64,000 nt of DNA from Vicugna vicugna (lineage: Eukaryota): NCBI GenBank assembly GCA_013265495.1, contig MU057521.1, positions 1 to 64,000 on the forward strand. The letters are read 5' to 3'. Of this stretch, positions 11,450-25,250 are shown in pieces. Position 1 is the first letter of the stretch, and every line of letters begins with the position of its first letter. The position numbers were made by a program, and so were the translations under genes. The notes below the pieces were generated by a model. That model did no database searches. It saw only the letters and a program-made list of their open reading frames with translations, and was not told where the DNA came from.

Positions 11450-13640
11450 ACTTCAGCCATTCTAATAGATGTGTGGTAATGTCTCATTGTTTTAATTCAC
11501 ATTTACCTAACGCCAGTTGTACTGATCATCTTTTCATGTGCTTGTTTGTCACCTCTGTATCTTCTTTGTTGAGATGTCTGATTGGCTGTTTTCTTTTTGT
11601 TGAGAGTTGAGTGTTTTGTATATATTGGTTACAAGTCCTTTTTCCAATGTGTTATGCATATGTATTTCCTCCTTTGGGTGACCTATGGCTGATCTTTTCA
11701 TTCTCTTAACAGTGTCGTACAGGGCAGAAGTTTTTAATTTTAATAAAGCTCAGCTTAGCAATTTTTTCTTTCGTGGATTGTGCTTTTGGTTTGTATTTAA
11801 AAGCAAGTCACAAACTCAAGGTCATAAAGACTTTCTCCACATTTTCCTCCAATGTTACATAGTTTTGCTTGTTACCTTTAGGCCCGTGTTCCATTTTAAG
11901 TTAATTTTTGTGTAATGTGTAAGGTCTGTATCTAGGGTTATGTTTACATTTGCATCTCTTCCACAATTTATTGAAAGAATATTTTTTCCTCCATAAATCG
12001 CCGTTGCTCCTGAGTCAGAGATCAATTGATTGCTTTTGAAAGTCTATTTCTGGGCTCTTAGTTCTACTCCATTGATCTGTTTGTCTACTCTTTCGTCAAT
12101 ACCGCACTTTCTTGATTGTTGTAGCTTTTTAGTAAATCTTGAAATTGGATAGCATGTTTTCCAACATTTTTATTCTTCTTTAGTATTGTTTTGGCTATTC
12201 TAGATCTTTTGCTGTTGCTTATAAACTTTAGAATTTCTTTGTCGATAAGTACAAAATCACAAACCGGGATTTTGATTGGGATTACATTGACTCTGTAGAC
12301 TAAATTGGGAAGAATTGACATTTGAACAATATTGGGTGTTCCAATGTGTGAACTAAGAGTGTCTGTCCATTTATTTCGATCATCTCTGATTTTTTAAATC
12401 AGGGTTTTTGTAGTTTACTGTTAAAGGCCCTGTACACATTTTATTAAGATTTATACCTACATATTTAATTTTCTAGGTGGTATTATAAACAGTATTTTTT
12501 TCAAATTTAAATTTCAGTTGCTCATTTCTAGGATAGAATAAAGCAATTGCCTTTTTATATTAACTTTATATCCTGTGCCCTTGCTCTGCTCATTTATTAA
12601 TTTCTGGAGGGTTTTTGGTTTGTTGTTGTCAATTCTTTGGTATTTTATACTCAGATAATCAAGTCATCTGTGAACAAGAACAGTTTTTTTTCCTTCTGTC
12701 TCAATTTGTGTTTCTTTTCTTTCTTTTCCTTGTCTTTTGTACTCTCTAGGATAGGAGTGGTGAGAGAGGCCATCCCTGTTTTGCTTTTGATCCTGGGATG
12801 AGTATGTCTAGTCTCTTACCATTAAGTATGATGCTAGCAGTAAGTTTTTGGGTAGATTTCTTTATAACGTTGAAGAAATCTTCCTATATTGTCAGTTGCT
12901 GAACATTTTTATCATGTCTGGGTACTGGATTTTGTCAAATGCTTTTTCTGTCGACTGATGTAATCATATGATTTTTTTTCTTTGGCTTGTTAATGTAGTG
13001 AATTGCATTGATTCATTTTCAAATGTTGACCAGGCTTTTACACCTAAATTAAATTTCACTTGGTTTTGTTGTATAATTCTTTTTATACCGTGTCTAGTTT
13101 GATTTTTCTAATATTTTGTTGAAGATTTTTGTGTTAATGTTTATGAGAGATACTGGTTTTGGTGTTAGAGTAATGCTGGACTCATAGAAAGAATTAGAAA
13201 GTGTTCTCTGTGCTTCTATTTTTTGGAAGAATTGTGGAGATGTGATTTTATTTTTTTCCTTAAATATTTGATAGAATTCATCAGTAAAACCTGTCCACAA
13301 ACTCAGAGTGTTGTGTGAGTGCCTTATAACGGAGATTACCCAATACTTCCCTCTCGCTCCTTGTGACATAGCTGCGATTCGTTTCACTTAATAATATGCT
13401 ATAATCACTCAATACAGTATTACTATGAACAGTTATCTTTTAGGTCAATTAAAAATAAGAAAAATAGAAGTTTTTTTTATCTTAATTTTTTCCTTCTCTG
13501 ACACTTTTCCTTTCTGTAGTAGATCCATGTTTCTGACCTCTATCATTTTCCTTTTGCCTGAAGAGAATCGTTTAACATTCCTTGCAGTGCAGATCTGCTG
13601 GTGCTGCATGACCGCAGTTTTTGTCTGTCTGTGAAAGTCT
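11450..13640 (-). mobile_element. Old L1M LINE: ORF2 remnants, then an upstream spacer/ORF1-end segment after an internal deletion near 13290
   Basis: ORF track gives L1 ORF2p remnants MSILPNLVYRVNVIPIKIP...ILKFI..KRSRIAKTILKK and GFTDEFYQIFKE...TLSNSFYESSITLTPKP...SLININTKIFNKIL, with many frameshifts. Confidence 0.9.
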
Positions 13641-13644
13641 CGCC

Positions 13645-14130
13645 CATCTTGTTCTTTGATGTATCTCCAGTAGCTAAAACAAAGAGTGGTATGTAGTTAG
13701 TATTAAGGAAATATTGACTGAAAGAAAGAAAGAAAGAAAAAGCAAAAAGATACATGTAATACGCATGACATGTGAATATATGGTATGTGTGTGTGTGTGT
13801 GAGAGAGAGAGAGAGCGAGCGCGAGCATCTGGAAGTATAAGAGTGTAGAATGAGATGTTTTTAGCCTATACTTGGTAGTGAACAAGGTGGCCCAGGCAGA
13901 GACACTCAAAGAGTGTAGAATGAGAAGAGAAAAAAGGACCAAATGCAGGACCCTGGAGTACACAAGCATTTAAGGGGCTATGAAACCAAACACAGAAGCT
14001 GAAGTTGTAGAGGATTTACAATTTAAGAGGAAGGACGTGGTAAGGAGTAACACATGTTACAGAGGGTCTGATGAGCTGAGGATGGAAATAGAGTCATCGG
14101 GTTCATCAATTTGATGTGTGTGTTTCATCA
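13645..14130. mobile_element. L2 fragments (a + strand 3' end, then a - strand piece)
   Basis: ATCTTGTTCTTTGATGTATCTCCAGTAGCTAAAACA...GAAAGAAAGAA terminus; GAGTGTAGAATGAGAAGAGAA..GGACCCTGG..CATTTAAGGGG block. Confidence 0.55.
13786..13826. repeat. Compound (TG)n(AG)n microsatellite
   Basis: Direct read of the sequence. Confidence 0.9.
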
Positions 14131-17100
14131 CATGGCTTCAGTTAAGGGGAGTTTCTTCATCTTATAAAAGTTGGGCTAAACTCATATTGAGGAGCCCTGC
14201 AATAAACAGCTCCACACAACCTGCTGGTGAATTTACACGGGGGGTATTGCTGAAGTTGTTGACCATTTTCTTTGTGAAAGGCAACATGAGAAAGCATTTC
14301 AGAGTAACTACACAAAAACGTTAGCTGACCACCAGGAGCTGACATGTTTTCTCCTGACTCCAAGAGGCACAATTGAGAGATTTTACTTTTCATGTTCTTG
14401 TAATCTGATTTTATTCATTTACCTGTTTTCTGTAAGGGAAAGATAGTGAGAAGCTCCTCCATGCTAATGTGATTGGAAGTGTGACAGGAGACAGTCCATG
14501 CTACTTTGTGGAGTGATCTTACCATGAGAGTTTTTGGATTTTGTGAAATGCTTTGTCTGCATCATCTGCAAAAGATGGATATGCTTTTCCCCTCTTCATT
14601 CTATGAATACACTGTATTATACTGACTTCTCCTCCCTCCGGGGGACTTTCTGTTTCACTGATGATCTGTGTCACCTTACATCATCTGCCTGTGGGCAGGA
14701 GGGGCAAGAAAGCCTCATCATGGCTCGGGGGTAGCTGCTCACTGCGGGTGAGCTCCGAGGTCTCTCCACCCTGGGCCGGTGACTGTAGCCCCCAGCTGCC
14801 TGCTCGCAGGTCTTTGGTTTTCTTATGTGCTTGCTCTCCCCATGTCAGTGCTGACCAGGGAGCCCTCTTCTCAGGTCCACTCTGACGCTGGCTCCCTCTT
14901 GTTTCAGAGAGCTGATCTTTAGTGTTCAGGAGAGTCCCTCTGAGGACGTGACATTGAGCTGAGACCTGAACGGTGAGAAGGGCCGGCAGTGGGAGGCTGA
15001 GGGGAAGGAGTTCCAGCAGCAGCCACTGGGCTGAGAGCTTTGTTCTAAAGCTTGGAGAGGGCCCCTTACACTCTGTTTCCTTCAAACTAGGTTTGAGGGC
15101 CTCCTTGAGCCAGTCCACTCAGAGGAGGAGAATCGTTTTGGTCCTCAGTGAGATGAAGCTGCTGGTAGTTCTCAGGCTTGAACATAAAACAGGGGTGAGG
15201 AGAGGGCAAAGAGAGTAAGAAAACATATTAATCAAAGAAGAAACGGGGAGGAGAAGAAAGGCTGGAGGAGGGAGAGCGAGAGAGAGACACGCGCAGCAGA
15301 GAAGCGACCATCGGGCTGGGATGAGTCCATGGTGTAGGTGGTGGTAGATTCAGGCTGAAAATTCCCTCTTCCTCCTAAATGAATGTGAGAATTAAAAAAA
15401 AAAAATTTCTTTTGACAGTTGAGTCTTCTACGGATATGGAAAGAAATAAGTTTATTTGCAATTCCTAACCCAGTGTTGAATCATCCTTTCCAATTGAAAA
15501 ATGCAGTAAAAAAAAAAGTAAATTGTTTTTGTGTGCGATTGTAAAATTTCCCAGCTTGCTGAGACTGTTCTCATTTCATTCTTCCCTTGCAGATGAAAGC
15601 AGTATCTTGAGTCTAAGTTGTTCTTTCTCAGCTCAGCAACTGATAAACAAAGAAATAAAAAGGGAACAATCCCAAGACTACATAATCAGAGAGAAATTGA
15701 CCAAAATTTGAACAAAGCTTATCAAAACTTAGCAAGAACATTAACTGTAACACTTGGGGCTTTTCAACTGTTAATTTTCATTATCGTGTGCTGCCCTTTA
15801 CTTTTTAAAATCTGAAATTTATTATATCCAAAGTCAGTGGGATAATTCAGGTAGACTAAAGGTAAATTCAGGACTACAGGGTGAACAAAAAACACTTTAA
15901 TTACTTTTTGATTATTCACAGATTCTTGGGATTTTAAGGTTAGAAGCACCTTGACTGTCTACTAATTTTTCCTTCAGGAAGTTTATGCAGCTTCTGAGAT
16001 TGAAGCAATTATCGTTACTCACTGTAAGAAAATGACTTTTCTGGTCAACCTGCTCTCTTCTTAACTCTTCCTGCGTTTTGATCATGAGTTCTGTCGACCA
16101 TGAGAACGTTCCCAATACTCATTTAATGTATTGAATCCACAAGAGTTCTCTGGTTGACGTGTCTGCCTCAGTCTGGTGTGATACTAATTATAACGGGGGT
16201 GGTGAAACAGGGTGAGTAATAGGCTATATTCCAAATAAAGTATTAATCAGTCTTTGTAAGTCATTAATTAGGAATAGGATGCGATTAACTGCAATTCCAG
16301 ATTTTTCAGATTATACAAATTCTGGGACCATAAACAAGAACAGTAAACTGTTCTGGTTTGGGGGAACTGATTCTTGGGATTGATTTAGCCGTTGCTAAAC
16401 TTCTGAAAGTTATTAGCATCTAGGGATGTTTTCAAATTCACGAAAATCTCCACACACACAAACATTAGATACCGAGATAAATATATTTGAATTGTGTGAA
16501 TCGATAGCTTCTTTCATACATTAAAGGAACATTTGTTGAAGGCATGAATGAATCTGTGGGAAATGTTGCAAAGTTTCCCTATTTCCTAAGATAAAGGCAA
16601 TCAGTTACATGTTTCCTAAAGGAGATTTCCCCTTCAAATCAATATTATCTTTCTTAGTAGGATTTTATTTTCATTGTTGTATGCCTTTTGTTTCGACCAC
16701 ATAATTGAAATGATACTTAGTCAATGACAATATATACATTTACCTTACATGTACAATTTATAAAAGAAGATCTAGCTTTTTCTTTAGTTGGGGATCACTC
16801 TTCATGTCTGCTATAATTTTTTTTTAGATATCTCCTAATATCACGCCTCTTTTAAAAGTATAGCATTCCATTATTTCCATTATTCCATCACCTATTCCGT
16901 TTTTCTCTAACTAGCCTTTCTCTAAGCTCCCTTAAATTGTGCTATGACTTTAATTATGTAGCTTTTAAACTCCCTACATCAAAGAAAAAATGTCCTCCCA
17001 CTGTGTTTGACTTGCAGGAGATTTAAAGGGCACAACTTTGATTTTCAGACGAGATTCTTTGGCTGCTATGTTTATTTTTTCTCAGAGGATTTCATTGTCT

Positions 17101-18849
17101 CAGAGCTCACTTTTAAATGTGAATTTAATCACATTTAAGCATTTAATCTCAGGATTGCCTTATGTACAACTCATCCAGTAGGAAATTTACACTATGACAC
17201 TTTTTATTAAAGCAAATAAACTAGAACTTTATGTATTTAAAAGATCTGCTTAGACCATTTGTCCATGATAGCTGGCAGAATTCTCTCTTTAATCTATAGA
17301 ACATTTATAACTTTTATTCATAGCTATGATAAATAAGAATATGTGGGGACTGTCTCATTTCTAGTTAGAAACTTAGAAAATGTTTTCCCTATTCATCTGG
17401 GAAATACGAATATTATCTCCTCTTTTAAGCTTCTGAGGAAAAAGGAAAGAAAGAGAAAACTTCAGTCAAGATGGTTTAGGATTTAAAAACTGAGGGTTTA
17501 AACTGGAGGAAAACTTGGCAAGGCTGATAAGGAGGGAGTTTGTTAAACTTCTAAGTGGAATGAAAATGTATCAGTTATATATCCTGAAATCAAGGTATGA
17601 TTGTCAGGTGGTGTGGCTTTTTCCAGATTCAGGTCTGTTGACTTGAAAATCAAAGACTGGGATAGTGTATGCAGGTGGGGAGGGGTATGTGCTTGGCATT
17701 TAATATTTTTGTTGGCTTGTTTTAAACACATTTGAGCGGTCGAGTCAGTTTCTGATTATTTATGCCAGTAGAGGGAAGCAGTGATGTGGATAATCCAAAA
17801 TAAAATTTGTTTTTGGCTTTTAATGGGCATTTTTGTTTATAGTAGTATGGATAAGACAGTGTTTTCTGGACCTTGTAACTGTTCAGGCAAAATAATCTCT
17901 TCACCTCTATTGGCAAAAAAAAAAAAAAAAAACAGTTTTGAAAAAAGGTTTGTCCTCTCAACCTTAATCCTGCTTTCTACCCCAAACATGAGAAATGCTA
18001 GTTTGGAGAGTGTCACATTCTACTTATTTTGATTCCAAGCCACGGAGGATATGAGAACTTAAAAATGGTATGCTTCAGACTGTATCCCAAGAGTTCAGAA
18101 GAAAATTTCTCATTCAGAAACCATAGAATCTGATCCTCATCCTGAGATCTGCCTCCCACCTCCAGCAGAGTATCTATGTCCTTAAGGAGAGCTGAAAAGT
18201 TGTTACCCACCCTGCACTCTCAGCCCCCTTCATCCTGGAAGATCCTTGCGGCTTACAAGCTTGGCCTTGCTCTGGGATGATTTATCCCCTGTGGTGCATT
18301 TCATAAAGATGGAGTGATTCAGTCTTGATCCAAGCAGGAGTGGAAGGCCATGGAAAACTCCCAAGTCCAACTCCTTTTAAGGTTTCTCAGCCTTGTTAGT
18401 TGCAGCTCATGATTCGACCTGATCATCTAGAAAGTAAAATTTTAGCCAGACCTTTCCTGGGGATAAAGCCAGTAATGTTTAAATCCATATAAAAGCAAAA
18501 ATATCCCTAAAGCCACATAGACTTTTGTGTAAATTAAATTACCATATTATGATTTGGAGCAATGTCAATAATTATAATAATTTGTTGTAACCCAAACTAC
18601 TAAGCATTTTTACTTGCTCATTTCTTTTGTAATATGGGTAAACCACAGTTCCACTCAATGCTGCTGAGTTTTTTGGGGGTCCCTTCTTTGTTTTTGTTTT
18701 TCTTTTGCATTTAGTAGGATTTTAAATGACTATCTGAAGTGGAAATAAAAAATAGCTTGAATAGAGTTTTATTGTCTTATTTTTTGGTTCCAATTTAGCT
18801 TCCATAACATTTCATATCCTACCCAAGATGAATGGAAAAGTAATTAATA

Positions 18850-19058
18850 TTTGTGGGCATATTTTATTTGCCAAAAGTGTACTATGTTCTTTATATGAAT
18901 CATATGATTTAATAATCGCATAAACCAATGACTAAAGTTTATTACCCCCATTTTATAGATGAGGAAAATGAGGTTTAAGAGCTAAAGTAACTAACTTACT
19001 TAGGGTCACATAGCATGTGAGCAAAAGGAGTGAGAATTTTGCCCAGGACAAACTGTGT
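18850..19058 (-). mobile_element. MIR SINE
   Basis: Core ATTACCCCCATTTTATAGATGAGGAAAATGAGGTTTAAGAG..AAGTAACT..TAGGGTCACATAGC. Confidence 0.8.
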
Positions 19059-21094
19059 CAGTTACATATGATTTGATAACTGTATTGGGACAGTACGAAT
19101 AGAAGCTGGCCCCTGGGATTCTGTCATCTGCAGGACTGGGGCTGCTGCTAGGGTCAACACGTGGAGGGGCAGGACCAGGAAAAGGTGTAATTCAGCAGGC
19201 AAAAGAACATCTAAATGGGGAGGCAGAAGAATAACCCGTTGAGTCCCAGGCTGTGGACAGTGTTGCTCAGCAGGTGAGCAGTGGAGTCCCCGATGTAAAG
19301 ACCTTCCCTCCAACCACAGCAAGCCTGGGGACAGGGATGCTCACATTGTCACGCAGTTCTTCAGGGACAGGTGGGACGTGTCAGGATGGTCTGTTAGCAG
19401 GCAGCATGAAGGAACATCGGATGACAGGTGGTTGGACTGTAGTCACCCTACCTCCTGGAGCCTGGAGCACACGGCAGATAAAAAGGGCAGGGAGCACGCC
19501 AGAACCCCAGGACCCGGTGCTTAGAACTGGGATGCAAAGCGAGAGTCAGTCATCAACAAGGGTGATTTGATGGAGTGTTTCCGACTTGCTATCTGGAGCC
19601 CTCCTGTCTGAGCTTAGGCTTGTCCTTGAGCCTGGGGTGCACGTGTGGGCTGCAGCAGGCCTAGAAGAGGACAGCGGGAGGGAGCTAGATGAAAGCTCGG
19701 TGTTTAGGATGGTGGAACCTAAAGCATGAGTAAAGAGAAACTCAACACTGAATACAAATGCCTTTTAAATATTAACTTGTGATTCACTGAGTTATGTATT
19801 CAGAAGATGCCGAGAGGCCAACATTGAAACAGATTAAGGTGGTATTATTTCCAAGGAAAATCTAACATCTACTTGGACATCTGGGTATGAGTTTTTGAAG
19901 CTCAAGGAAAGGATCAGAAGTAAGATTCTTAACCCCCTTTTCCAAGGACATTGTGACTCTGCATCTAACGGGCTTTGTGAATATATTTGGAACCTAAACC
20001 TAATCATGTGTGTGCTTGATGGTGGATTTCTTAAGGATTATAGAAGAGGCAGATAAACAAAAATTGGTGATTAAATTTGTATAAAAAGCACAAAACCAAA
20101 ACAAACGCGCTGCAGGCTGTAGCTTTCTGCACCTGTTAGCAATTCAGAAAGAGCATTGAGGAGGCAGAGCGGGAAATTTCACACTGAAATCAGAGCTCGG
20201 TGAAAGTTAGACAGCCTGAACACTGCAAAAATAATTAAAACCCACATGCCATGGATGTTTAAAGCATATCCAGTAAGTGCCAAAACATTGTTCCACCATC
20301 CACTTAACACCAAACTGAATCATCACTTTCTTTTTCCCTGCTGACAATATGTTCTATGCTTAATGAGTCACGTCTGGCCTCCCTTTGTTCAGCTGAACTG
20401 AATAAAGCGTTGTGAATTATTAATATTTAAGTATTATTGATTTTCTAGATTGTATACCTGCATATGCTTGTGAAGAATTTTACTGTAACACCACAAATGG
20501 CCTTTGGATGTTTCTTATTCAATTATAATTTAAACATCACACAGATGAGATAGTGGGTTGCTTATGATCAATGTTTAACATCAAGCCAGGCAGAATTAAT
20601 GTTTATATTAATGATGCCTAAAAAAAGATTCCCTGGGACTCTAGGAAGAGATACAATTATCTGCCTCAACGAAGGTGTATTTCCTGGAAGGCAGTAGTGT
20701 TGGAATTACTCCGTTTTGCCCTTCCGAAAGAAATCCAGCACCAACTCTGTCACCAGTGATTTCTTTGTGCTTTGGAGACCACCGTGCAAACTCAGAATTG
20801 GATAAATTTGACAGTGGAAATAATTGGGGATTTCACATTTGTTGAGGCAAGATATTTTAGATGAGCCTTATCTCCCTTTTCCTAGCTATGTAAAGTGGGC
20901 TACTCACCTCCAAGGTCCCAATGCTCATCCTCTGTAACATTTTTGGAGAAAATATTTATCTCAAGGATGTTATGAGGATTGTACTAGCTAAATCATTAGT
21001 AGTGGTTAACACTGTTTGAAGGTCCTAGGAAGTGCCCTGAAGATTTTTGGAATTTTCAAAATTATTAATATAATTGTCACTCCAGTTTTACATA

Positions 21095-21250
21095 CAGTCA
21101 GGCCACCATATCCATGGATTCTACATTCGCAGATTCAACCAGCCACAGATGGACTGTGCTCTCTGTTTTATATGAGACACCTGAGCGTCTGTGGATTTAG
21201 GTATTGGGTGGGTGGTGGAACCAATTTTCCATAAGTACGAGGGACGACTG
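21095..21250. mobile_element. Tigger4/Zombi-type MITE (TcMar-Tigger)
   Basis: TA|CAGTCAGGCCACCATATCCATGGATTC...GATTCAACCAGCCACAGAT...GGAACCAAT..TACGAGGGACGACTG|TG: matching TIRs and a decayed TA target. Confidence 0.8.
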
Positions 21251-22094
21251 TGTTTCAAGACCTCATTCAAGCACCTCTGCTATTCTTGGCTCTCATTTTC
21301 TGGGATGGAAAAGTTCTGAATTTGTCATTTCTTTGGAACTTTTAGATATCAAAAGGAAAGCAAAACAATTTAAGAAGGCAACGAGCTGTCTACAGAAGGA
21401 GACCGTAAACTTCTGCAGGTATATTCTTCGTATCTCTTGACACTAAACACTCACTATAAGCCACACTTTCAGTGGATGCTACTCTTGGTGGCCATGCTAT
21501 TACTCCTCTTGGTCCTACCCTGTAATGAATTTGATTACTTCACTTCTCTCATTTTTACTTGTTTTCCTTGGCTTGGAAGAATCAACATGAAAATCCATCA
21601 TTGAATAGCAGTGGAATCAATTACCCGACAAATTCTATGTCTGAGTCTTACAATGATAGTTAACATTGAAAACAAATATTCATGCTGTCCTATATTGCTT
21701 CTAAGAGAGTTTTTTTTACTGGCTAAGCAGCAAATTCTAAATTTCAGTAAGTTAACTCAAAATGTAAAATATTACTTAAAAAGGTATTTTGAGCTTCAAA
21801 TACGTTAAAGCTAAGATGGCTTAATTATTTTCTTGTCTAACAGAGAGAATATAACACAGTTTTTTCATGGAAAAATTTTCCTGGTGGTACCATAACAAAA
21901 TTTTTCAAGAGCTACACACACGAACCACCATTTCTGTCAAATGAATTTTTAATCAATAACCAGTGTAGTTACATAATTAGAAGGGCACAAAATAGCCTTA
22001 GAGCAGTAAGTCTCAAATTCTGGATGCTCCTGGGAAGGGCCAAAGCAGCAGATTCAGCATACTGACTTAGCCTAAACTGACTTTGTTATCGACT

Positions 22095-22180
22095 GAATGT
22101 TTCTGAGAAATAAATTGATGTTGTTCATAAGCCACATAGTTCATGGCATTTTGTTACAGCAGCTTGAGCTGACTAATACA
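22095..22180 (+). mobile_element. MLT1 (MaLR) LTR 3' fragment
   Basis: GAGAAATAAATTG..GTTCATAAGCCAC..GGCATTTTGTTACAGCAGC..GCTGACTAATACA. Confidence 0.7.
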
Positions 22181-24099
22181 CTTCATAAGTCTGGTAGATA
22201 CTGGCAGTGGAGGAATCAATTTTCAAAAATCTTCAGAACGTTTATTGGTATGATCTGCCCTCCAACATATAAAATATGTTAGTATCTTTGTGGTTCTTTA
22301 TGGCTATAGATAAGTTCAAATCTGTACCCCAAGGCTTATCCCATATCCTATAAAATGATTCTGGGTCTCTAGGTGGAGAATTATCTTTGAGAATTATCTT
22401 CACTATAACTGAAGGAAAACAAAGATAGCTGGACTCTCAGGGCCTTGGTACTACCATACCTTTACTCTATGGACATCACATTCTTTTCTAAAAGAACACA
22501 TTGAGGAGACCCTGAATATTTGCATATGCAAGTTAAAGTTAATTCAACAAGTAATAGAAAAGCTAAGAAAAGTCAAAATCAAACAGTAGGAGCTGGGGAT
22601 TTCAAGGGCTTTTACAGAGAGTTTTAGTTCATTAATTTTTCACTCTCCTTGGAAACTACTTAGCTGATTTAACAACTTCAGGGCTTTCTGAGTATGAAAT
22701 TTCTTTCTCTTCACTTTTATCTCATTCCTGCTTTTTCAGGTTCATCTTAAGCCAAAGACTCTTGTTTGGCATCTTGTCTAGATGTGTCTGGCCCTTGGTG
22801 TTCCTACCAGGAAAAAGCAATTTTGAGAGTTTAAGAAGCTTAAAACTCAGTACTCAGAATTTTCATAGAAAAAGTTAGTCATCGCAAGAGACCCTGTTTG
22901 TTTGGCCACTACACATGATGGATTTTCCAGTAAGCGGGTCCTTCCAATTTCAAGACCATATTTCGTACCTTAAAACTTCCTTCCTCCATTTGTCCCTTCC
23001 CTTTTTTTAGTGCGGGGCTGTTAAAGCCCGATAAAGGCGTTATTAAAACGATATTTTAGTGGTTAACCCTGATGACATTTTCTACTTATGACAAGATTTT
23101 TTGCTGGAACCTAGAGCATAATAACTTTTCAGAAATTGATTTTCATTCAGATGTCAGAGCATTCCAGTTTTTGTGTTTAGGTTTGAATGAAAGTTAAATT
23201 GGTTACAGTTATAGGATTCACTTCTCTTTGACTTTCTGAAGCTTAGATTTCTAAATCTGCCACTAATCTCTCTGAGGAATAAAATAGGAAGTCTAATGTT
23301 ATGGACATGATAGAAAGTAGATAAATGGTCTGTCAACAGTACCTATAACTGGAAAAAAAACTTAGGAATTCTAGTTCTAACTCATCAAGGGTATTTGTTT
23401 TCTCATTTATAAATGATTTACCAGTAAATGACATATAATTGAAAATGAATGAAGTAATTACCTCTTAGGGCTAAGTAGTTCTCTGTCCTTTAAAGTTTAC
23501 TTTAATAGTCAAAATGGAATGCATACTTTAAAAATATGACTTCAGTTGTGCTGAAACAAAATGTGGAGTGAAAAGCAAACATTTTTAAGGTCATCGCATT
23601 ACTTGTGAAAACAGCATCGGAAAAAAAGTGTGTACAAAAAGTTGGATACGGCTTCCACTAGAGTACATGTATTTAGTTGGTTTTATTGCTGTGACCAAAC
23701 AAGAATTTTTAAAGCATCTGTCTTGTGCTTAAAATATTAAAAAGAATTGTAATTTAATTATAAAATATAAACTCTGTTCTCATTCTATTTAGGAAATCAT
23801 AGAATGAGAGGTGCCCTACTCAGTACCGCTGAGTCAGAGCACAGTTCGAACACACCTGCCTCTGTAGTGTTAGTGTCACGTTTTACCCATTGATTCCTGA
23901 TTCTTTTCTCTTTGTCACTTTCCAACATCCATTTATATCACCTCCTTATTTCTTATACTTCTCTCATAATTTTTGCTTATTCATTCTACTTTAACCGAGG
24001 AACCGGTCATCCTTCACCTGAAAAGCCTTTGGCCAGGTAAGTCTCTTAAAATGCTCTTATTCAAAACAGCATGGCACTTTCCTTTTAAAATACTGCCTC

Positions 24100-24245
24100 T
24101 TTCCTTCTTTCCTTCGTTCCTTCTTTCCTTCCTTCCTTCTTTCTTTTCTTTTTTCTTTTTTTCCTTCCTTCTCTCTCTTTCTCTCTTCTGTCTTTCCTTC
24201 TTTTCTCTTTCTCCTTTATCTCCTTCTCTTTCTTTCATTCTTTCA
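24100..24245. repeat. CT-rich low-complexity (polypyrimidine) tract
   Basis: Mixed TTCC/TTTC/TC units over about 145 bp. Confidence 0.9.
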
Positions 24246-24649
24246 TTCAACTGTGAATAAGCTAGATGTTGGAAAATAATTCTTAGTAAATTAATTTTAA
24301 AATGAAATGTGAATGACAAATAATTTACCAGCTGCCCTCCCCTCAAAATTTTTTTCTCCAATAAAATATAATTCCAAACAGTAGAATTTTAGGTGGAGAT
24401 CTTTAAATCACGTCACTTAGTTTTCAGCTAATATCTAAAATTGATCCCAAGAGCGCCAAATCATGTTGGTAGTCTTCACAAAGTACCACCATCATCTCCC
24501 CTTCACATCAATGATGGTCTTAGTCTATCTCAAATGCTAAATAAAGCAGAAGAGCCAACATTAAAGTTGTCCAGAGGAGAATAAGTATGACATGGAACTT
24601 TAGTCTCTGTCTTTTTCAGCCTTGTATACTTGGGGATAGATAACTTAAG

Positions 24650-25250
24650 TATTGGTTAAGATACTTCCTGCTATAACTAGACAGAAAATCCTGACTAAAG
24701 AAGCATGTAAGTGATGAGTGTGTTATCTCACACGGTCGTTAGTAAGGAATTAGGATGATAATAAGTAATTTTTTTATCGAGTTAATAATGTATTTCAGGA
24801 ATTATTCTAAACATTTTATATATACTGAATCATTCTTGATAAGATTAAGATAAGCATTATAATTTTCTCCATTTTACAAGTAAGGCACTGGATTGTTCAG
24901 CTCCAGGCTTGTGTTCTGTGGTCCAGTGATGGCATCAAGGACCAGTTCCTTTCTGTCTCTAGGATCTGCCATCTTTAAGGTGTCAGTATTTTCTCCTACG
25001 TTGACTAACGTAGTTATTGTGAAATGACTCTCGCTGCTCAAGGCGTTGTGTCCAGGCAAAACAATATCAACAGTAAAATGAAGGACCCTCCCTACCGTGT
25101 GCCTCTTGTTTTAATGGTGAGGAGATTCTTACTGGCCAGGATTGGATCACTTGTCTATGCTGATCTTTGGTGAGGGGATGCAATTTCCGTGACTTATCTA
25201 GACCAATTGTTTGGAATGCAATGGATGTTGCGGTATCAGTTTGCATGACA
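24650..25250 (-). mobile_element. Old MLT1 LTR containing a MIR-like segment (about 24750-24895)
   Basis: TTGGTTAAGATACT..GACAGAAAATCCTGACTAAA; GATGGCATCAAGGACCAG..CTGCCATC; TACTGGCCAGGATTGGATCAC; MIR core CTCCATTTTACAAGTAAGGCACTG. Confidence 0.55.

Noticed and set aside
13839..13925. 17-bp direct repeat AAGAGTGTAGAATGAGA, 70 bp apart
   Set aside because: It lies in decayed L2 beside a microsatellite, and the interval has no poly(A) or element features, so a local duplication is the likely cause.
23973..24361. Phe/Ser/Leu-rich and Lys/Glu/Arg-rich ORFs
   Set aside because: Translations of the CT low-complexity tract.
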